A stretch of 64,000 nt of DNA, taken from positions 1,116,001-1,180,000 of the forward strand of contig OZ374557.1 of assembly GCA_977862235.1 (NCBI GenBank), in the 5' to 3' direction. Below, in pieces: positions 58,420 through 64,000 of this stretch. Position numbers and translations under genes: made by a program. This stretch comes from Dudresnaya verticillata (lineage: Eukaryota). Within the stretch, counting starts at the first letter, position 1. The number at the start of each line of letters is the position of its first letter. The notes beneath the pieces were generated by a model. That model worked only from the letters and a program-made list of their open reading frames with translations, was not told the origin of the DNA and did no database searches.

Positions 58420-60726
58420 ATGGCACAGTTCAATTTCCTACGAGTGGCTGCGCCTTCGACGGCGCCGGTGTATCCGTCACCATTCGACTTTGTCGGGAGG
58501 ACTCCCCGCAACGATGCGCGCTTATTCTCGCGGGCCCCCCGGTTCGACCAGGAGGCCCTGCGATACGAGGATTTCATCACCCATTACGCTGTGACCGGAT
58601 TTTTGCCAGGGGAGTTGCCCCTGGCCGTCGTGTGGACGAACGAGTGGCGCCATCGGTGCGCCATTCAGAGAGGTTAGCTGCGTATTGCCGCCGGTCAGAC
58701 GCGTGCAGATGCGCATGCGCGTTTTGTCGTTGACGTGTATCGGCGGTTTACCCGCTATCTGGGGTCGGTATTGACGCCCGCCGTCTTTGAATTTGACACA
58801 GGGCAGTACCGCACAAATGGCGAGGTTGGGTATGGGGACCGTCTTGGGACGTTGTCATTAAGCCATGTGGCTGTTTCGGCTGAGCCGCGGGTGCTTCAGG
58901 AGGCTAACCTCCTTGGTGTACGCTTGAAAGCGGATTTCCGATACTTGCATCGGACGGGCACCTTCTATTGGGAGCGCTGCGTCCGTTGGGAGTGCGAAAC
59001 GCGCCGCCGCAAAGGCGTTTTTGTGCCGTATCAAGATACGCAAGTCGACCGCATTGAGCGGGAAAAGTTGCCGCATTGCTTCATTCGCGTCCCGCCGTTG
59101 TGGCGGGACTTTGAGGTCTGCGAGGGCTTTGCGGCTGAATTGCCTCCGTGTGTCACGTATGTTGGCTCCGAGTTGCGGACGGATCCGTACTCCCGATTTT
59201 GGATCGTGTTTTTCACCGAGTGGGTCGTCAACATAACCTACGCATGGATGTGGGAGGTGTATGACACCTTCCGGCTCTATTATGTGCCGCCACGCGTAGT
59301 CAGCCTCCTTGGCGGGCTAGACTTAACTGAAGTGCTGGGCGGGGCCAGGAACTGCCAAGAGCTCTGGGATCTACGCCATGTGGCGGATAACGTCCACTGG
59401 GACGACCCGGCTGCTGTGCCGCCGGGAAACAGGCGCCGTAAGGCGAACCGTCCGCGTTACGCGATGAGTAGAAATCATTCCGCCTGTGGCGATTGGGTGT
59501 GGTACAACCCGTGGACCAAACGCCTTACGACGGAGAACATCGCTGAGAGTCATCGTCGTACAGACCGCTTCACGCCAGCGAATCACCCACGTGGGTTGCG
59601 CAAGAATTGCGACTTTTCGGGGGATTTCCCACCCCACTTGAGCGCCTTGATGGCGGAGGAGGATGCGTTTCACGCTAACAGCGGACCGGTTAACCCGTCT
59701 GGGACGGACGTCATTACGCCTATGGCGGTTGAGCTTACTGCGGGGGCGACAGCTCCCGCGACGATTTCGCCAGCGGCGGTAGGACCGTCGGCTGTTGTGC
59801 CTGTTGGCTTGCCGTCGGTTGCGCTATTGGATCTCTCGGCGCCCTTCAATGACGGTGATGGTGATGCCATCATGGCTGCGCCCATGGCGAGTTCTGCGTC
59901 TGTAGTTACGCCTCAAGACGGAGTGTCTAACGTCGCTGACGGTGCACATCGTCCTCCTGCAGTGCCCAAATGGACTGAGGAGCAGCGCCGCACGGTGCTC
60001 GCATTCTTGCGAGCCACCGGTGTCGTCACTGACGGGTCGGGCGGGTCATCGACGACGTCCCTCGGGCACTCGCTGCTGGCTGCTCTGCAGCCCAGCGTTG
60101 CTGCGGTTCCGGCGTCGACCTTCGTTTCGACTGTGCCGTCTAACGACGAAGGTGCGGCGTCTAATGACGGAGTGGCGAAAAAGCCTTTGTCGCCTAAGGC
60201 GGGTTGTGCGGGTTCGCCCGCCATTACGTCCACTGACTTTGTTAACAAAAGTCCGCCAAAGGCGAGTGCGGTGGCAGCAGCTACGGCGGCTCCGCGGGCT
60301 CCAATGGCCTCTTCGTCGGTGACGGATGTTGATCGTTCAACGCCTTTGGCGGTTAATGCGGTCCCGTCACCGGAGGTGCCGGGGCCGTCGACTTCGCCCA
60401 AGGCGGTTGAGGATGCTCCGCCGCCAAAGGCGAGTGAGCTTCCTTGTGTAGCGCCTGATGCGGATAATGATTCTAACGTTGCGCCTATGGCGGTTGACGG
60501 ACAGTCGTCGCCTAAGGCGGATTGTGAGCCAGATGCGGCGCCAGCGGCGGATGTCGCGACTTCGACAGCAGTGGTTGTGGCGGGTCCCTTCCGGTCCGTC
60601 CCTGCCCCTGCTGCGAGCGCACCGTCAGTGACGGAAGACGACCTCTACGAAGAGGCGTTAAGAGAATCCGCCAATGGCGTCGGGGATGATGCCCCATCTG
60701 GGCCGTCTGCGACGGAAAAGCCGTAG
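58420..60726 (+). CDS. Antisense extra ORF of the gypsy element (~768 codons, one in-frame TAG at 58675), unknown function
   Basis: ORFs 58411-58677 and 58735-60726 share a frame; ATG at 58420; Trp/Tyr/Arg-rich N-terminal region followed by an Ala/Pro/Ser-rich tail. Confidence 0.75.
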
Positions 60727-61933
60727 TGTTGTTGGATCGTTAAGAACGGTTCGTGGGCGCGAGAGTTCGTGTGGTGTCGCTCCGCTTGTCCCGCAGCGGG
60801 GCGGCGAGCGAGGGATTCATACTTCATAGACGATTAGTGCCGCGTCTCACGACGTAGGTTGTAGTGGAAGGTCATACGGGCACGGGGGTTACCCTCGCTT
60901 GTGAAGCCCGAATAAACTTGACCGTTGTCAAACGTAGTTGCTTATGTGTCCACTTGATGTAGAGCGCTGCGATAGCGAATAGTAGGTAGCCGACGGGTCC
61001 CGTTCGTATAGACGTTGTTGTTGTCTATCCGCTGTAGTAGCGTTTGCGTAGAAGCTTGGGGCGGTGCCGCCTTGGTGGCGTTTGTCCTCTTTCTCGATGC
61101 CGCTGCAGTAGCTTAAGCCCTTTTGGGAGGGCCCATTTTCTCATGCCGACTTAGTCGTTTTGTTCAGATTATGATTCCGCTTGTTAAGCGAATAGGTAGT
61201 TGGGGAGCCGTTTTTCGGTTGAGTTTTCGTCGTTGACGTAGGGCATGTTGCGTTGGCGTCGGGGACGGCTAGGTTGGCGGTGCGCCGCGCGTTGGGCGCG
61301 CTTCCTGGGACTCCTGGGTGCGGCTGCCGCGCCTAGCGGCGGAGTCATTTTTGCGATTAGCGCGTCGTGCACGAAACGTAGCCCAACCCCGTCTTCGACG
61401 ACTGTTTCTTCTCTCGTGTTTGCGGGCGACCCCTTTTTCGACTTGAGACACGTCATTGACGTTCGCGAGCGTCACCCTCGAGGCGGTTGCGTGCGCCGCC
61501 CGTAAGGGTGACGAGTTTCGGACTTGGCCGTGGGTGGCGCGCCTGGGCGAGGACGTCGGAGACGGTTTGTCGCGTCCGTGCTTGGTTGACTCGTGGGCGC
61601 TCGTAGTGCTGGGGTACACACTTGTCAGGTTCCCGTTTGTTGGGCGCCGCCGCCTGGCTGGTGCCCGCGTTATTATTTTCACATTAAAATTTTCCATTTC
61701 GTTTGTTGCCCGATTTCGTGTGGTGCGTGCGCCCTCCACGCCTTCTGACTACTGTCAGCCGTTCTGTCCTTACGGACCCCCTCCGAAGAGGGTTGCCTAT
61801 TCGCGTATCGCCAACTCAATCGTCCTTGATCCGGTTGATTACAGCCCCAGTCGTCCGTAACGAGTGCACGTCCGCGTCAATGCGTATGAGGATGTGGCGT
61901 GTGTTTCGCTTCCAGCGCCCACCCTGACTAGGG

Positions 61934-64000
61934 TTATCCGCGTTGCGCGTCGTCGATGTTTGGCGGTAGACGCGTGTGCTTCTGGCGGTGATACCGCACG
62001 ACGTGCGATCGCGGTAGACTGGACACGGGTTCCCAGGTATTCGCTGAAGCGGGGTATCCAAACCACTTGACGCGGTAGAGGATCTCACCGTCTTCCGCGT
62101 GTGCGTGCGACTCAACGCGTTCGATAACGTACTCCTTCTCGCTTGCAGCGGTCGACGTGGGCTCCTGCCGTTCTAACGCCTTGGGCGGTTCACTTCGTTG
62201 CGTGATGGGCGTCTGCACCGGTTCAGCAAATCGTACTCGACGAGTCGATCGCCTGAGGCGCTGGGTCGGTGCCCCGAGCGCTTGCGTCGCGGTTTGTGGT
62301 TCGTCGCTTTTGCGTACTGGATCCTCGCTTCTAGCGGCGTCCTTCGCGTTAGCGCGGTCTTCCTCATCGTCAATCGATGCGCTCGAAGCGGGACCTACCT
62401 TGGTAGCCGGCGAAGCCGAGGTTGCGTGTCCCATTCGCGTACGGATGCCGGGACCCTCCTCCTCGTCGGGGACGGATTGCGATACACCGTCGTCGGGGTT
62501 AGCGGCGAAGGGCGAGAGCTCTGCTAACCCTCGACTTCGTGGCGTTGCATTCATTCGCTCCTGCGAGTCGTCCGTGCTGCGCGGTGTCCCTGTCCCTCCT
62601 GCCGGGTCCGCCTGTGGCGTGTCTGGGGTTCCTGCTCCTTCGTCGGTTGACGTGGGGGCTGTGGGCCCCGGTACGTGAGGTGGTCCCGGTGGCTGCATGG
62701 TTGCGGGGGCTGTGTGCCCTGGTGGGGTTGGCGCCCATACCACGCGGTCCCGGGATAAACGTTCGCGTTCTCCACGTCCCTTGTCGACGGTGACTGTCCC
62801 GTCGTCGACGTGAGTTACTCGATACGGTCCATCCGCCACCGGTGCGAGCTTGTGCTTGCGCTCTGAGCGATCGGTGCTCCCGCCGCGGGCGAAGTATTCC
62901 TTCCGCACGAATGCGAAGTCGCCCACAGCGATGTTCTCCTTCGATTTCCTCAGACGAGTATCGAAGTTCCGTTTGTAACGCGCCTGCGTTTTCGCGAGCG
63001 ACGCGTTAGCGGTTCCCATCAATGCGGACAGCCAGGTTCGCCATTTGGTGTAGTACTGTCCGGCAGTGGGCACGCTTTCAAGCGACGGCTCCGCTTCCAG
63101 CGACAATGGCCGCGGGGGCTTAGACAACACCAGTTCGAATGGAGCGAGGTGGGTAGACGAGTGCAGTTGCGTATTGTATGCGAACGTCAAGGCATCGGTG
63201 AACAGATCCCAGTCCCTGGGGTGGTCTGCTACGTAGTGACGCAGGGAGGCGAGGATGGTTCGATTGAATCGTTCCACTTGGCCGTTACACTGCGGATGGT
63301 ATGTAGTGGTGAAGAGATTCTCCACCCCTAAGATGCGGCAGACGTCCTGAAACAACTTGGCTACAAATTGCGGCCCGTTGTCGGACAGCAGCTTCTTGGG
63401 TGGGCCATACACGAACACCCAGTGTCGAACAAACGCCTTAGTGATTTCCAATGCCGTAATCTTGCGTAAGGGAACCGTCCGGACCAGCTTTGAGAAGCGG
63501 TCCACGATGACGAGTAGGAACTTTTCCCCCCGCTTAGTGCGTATGAGCTCCCCACGTATATCCATGGACACAAACTCGAGAGGCTCGGTTGCTGGGAACA
63601 GATTCATCTCCTTCACGTTCTTTCGCATCAGTACCCGGTTCTTCGCGCAAGTAACGCAATTGCGGACAGTCGCGTAACAGTCCACCGACATAGACGGCCA
63701 ATAATACTCGCGTCGAAGCGTATGGTACAGCTTCCGCCCTCCGGGATGTCCTGCTAATTTGGCATGATGCCGGAGATGGAGCAATCGAACGCGTAACACG
63801 GATGGTACAACGACTTGGGGTCGGGCCTCGACGGTCCGAACCAATAGTCCCTGTTCATCCGTTGCAAACAGTAGGTTGTCTCCGTCGTCTAGAAGTTTCC
63901 GGATCTCGGAACAGTACTGGTCACTGCCCTGAGCATGCACCAACTCTTCATGCGTCAATTGACGGAGGAGCACTTCATCCGCCGGTGGCGCGTTGGTAAC
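61934..64000 (-). CDS. pol: pol C-terminus: integrase (HHCC, DDE, GPY) + chromodomain
   Basis: HHAKLAGHPGG...CVTC, SDNGPQF, NGQVERFN, DGPYRV, EYVIERV...VKWFGYPASANTWEP; open for at least 679 aa; homologous to 45039-47654. Confidence 0.97.
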   Translation of the reverse strand, partial: VTNAPPADEVLLRQLTHEELVHAQGSDQYCSEIRKLLDDGDNLLFATDEQGLLVRTVEARPQVVVPSVLRVRLLHLRHHAKLAGHPGGRKLYHTLRREYYWPSMSVDCYATVRNCVTCAKNRVLMRKNVKEMNLFPATEPLEFVSMDIRGELIRTKRGEKFLLVIVDRFSKLVRTVPLRKITALEITKAFVRHWVFVYGPPKKLLSDNGPQFVAKLFQDVCRILGVENLFTTTYHPQCNGQVERFNRTILASLRHYVADHPRDWDLFTDALTFAYNTQLHSSTHLAPFELVLSKPPRPLSLEAEPSLESVPTAGQYYTKWRTWLSALMGTANASLAKTQARYKRNFDTRLRKSKENIAVGDFAFVRKEYFARGGSTDRSERKHKLAPVADGPYRVTHVDDGTVTVDKGRGERERLSRDRVVWAPTPPGHTAPATMQPPGPPHVPGPTAPTSTDEGAGTPDTPQADPAGGTGTPRSTDDSQERMNATPRSRGLAELSPFAANPDDGVSQSVPDEEEGPGIRTRMGHATSASPATKVGPASSASIDDEEDRANAKDAARSEDPVRKSDEPQTATQALGAPTQRLRRSTRRVRFAEPVQTPITQRSEPPKALERQEPTSTAASEKEYVIERVESHAHAEDGEILYRVKWFGYPASANTWEPVSSLPRSHVVRYHRQKHTRLPPNIDDAQRG

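Larger units (their letters stand above)
57050..64000 (-). mobile_element. Second chromodomain Ty3/gypsy element, 3' half (continues beyond window)
   Basis: Integrase-chromodomain ORF, 4-kb 3' region, PPT, and LTR with TGTAGTGC...GCACTACA termini. Confidence 0.92.

Noticed and set aside
58420..60726. env gene
   Set aside because: Antisense to pol; no evident signal peptide, furin site or C-terminal TM anchor.

Overview
Eukaryotic, almost entirely transposon-derived region; the element mix and near-absence of introns suggest a red alga (inference only). Left to right: nested, decayed Ty1/copia elements (1-12.2 kb); two GalEa-like copia remnants, a solo LTR and a gypsy gag scrap (12.2-19.8 kb); a KDZ (Kyakuja-Dileera-Zisupton/HMGXB3-like) transposase fragment; a decayed Helitron RepHel gene next to a head-to-tail Helitron-terminus duplication; an orphan ORF; a long decayed SWIM-CxC-KDZ transposase interrupted by a solo LTR (TSD GTCAG); a full-length chromodomain Ty3/gypsy element (39049-50758, TSD GTAGC); a degenerate PHD-like ORF; a pogo/Tigger derivative; a disrupted FtsH/YME1-type protease gene; and the 3' half of a second chromodomain gypsy element. 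Most notable: (i) a ~770-codon antisense extra ORF in the second gypsy; (ii) a ~100-bp-periodic array of covarying 12-bp palindromes at the equivalent position of the first; (iii) an exact internal copy of the 3' PPT in both gypsy elements; (iv) apparent Helitron end-to-start junctions facing opposite to RepHel. All alignments were made by eye; boundaries lacking TSDs are approximate.
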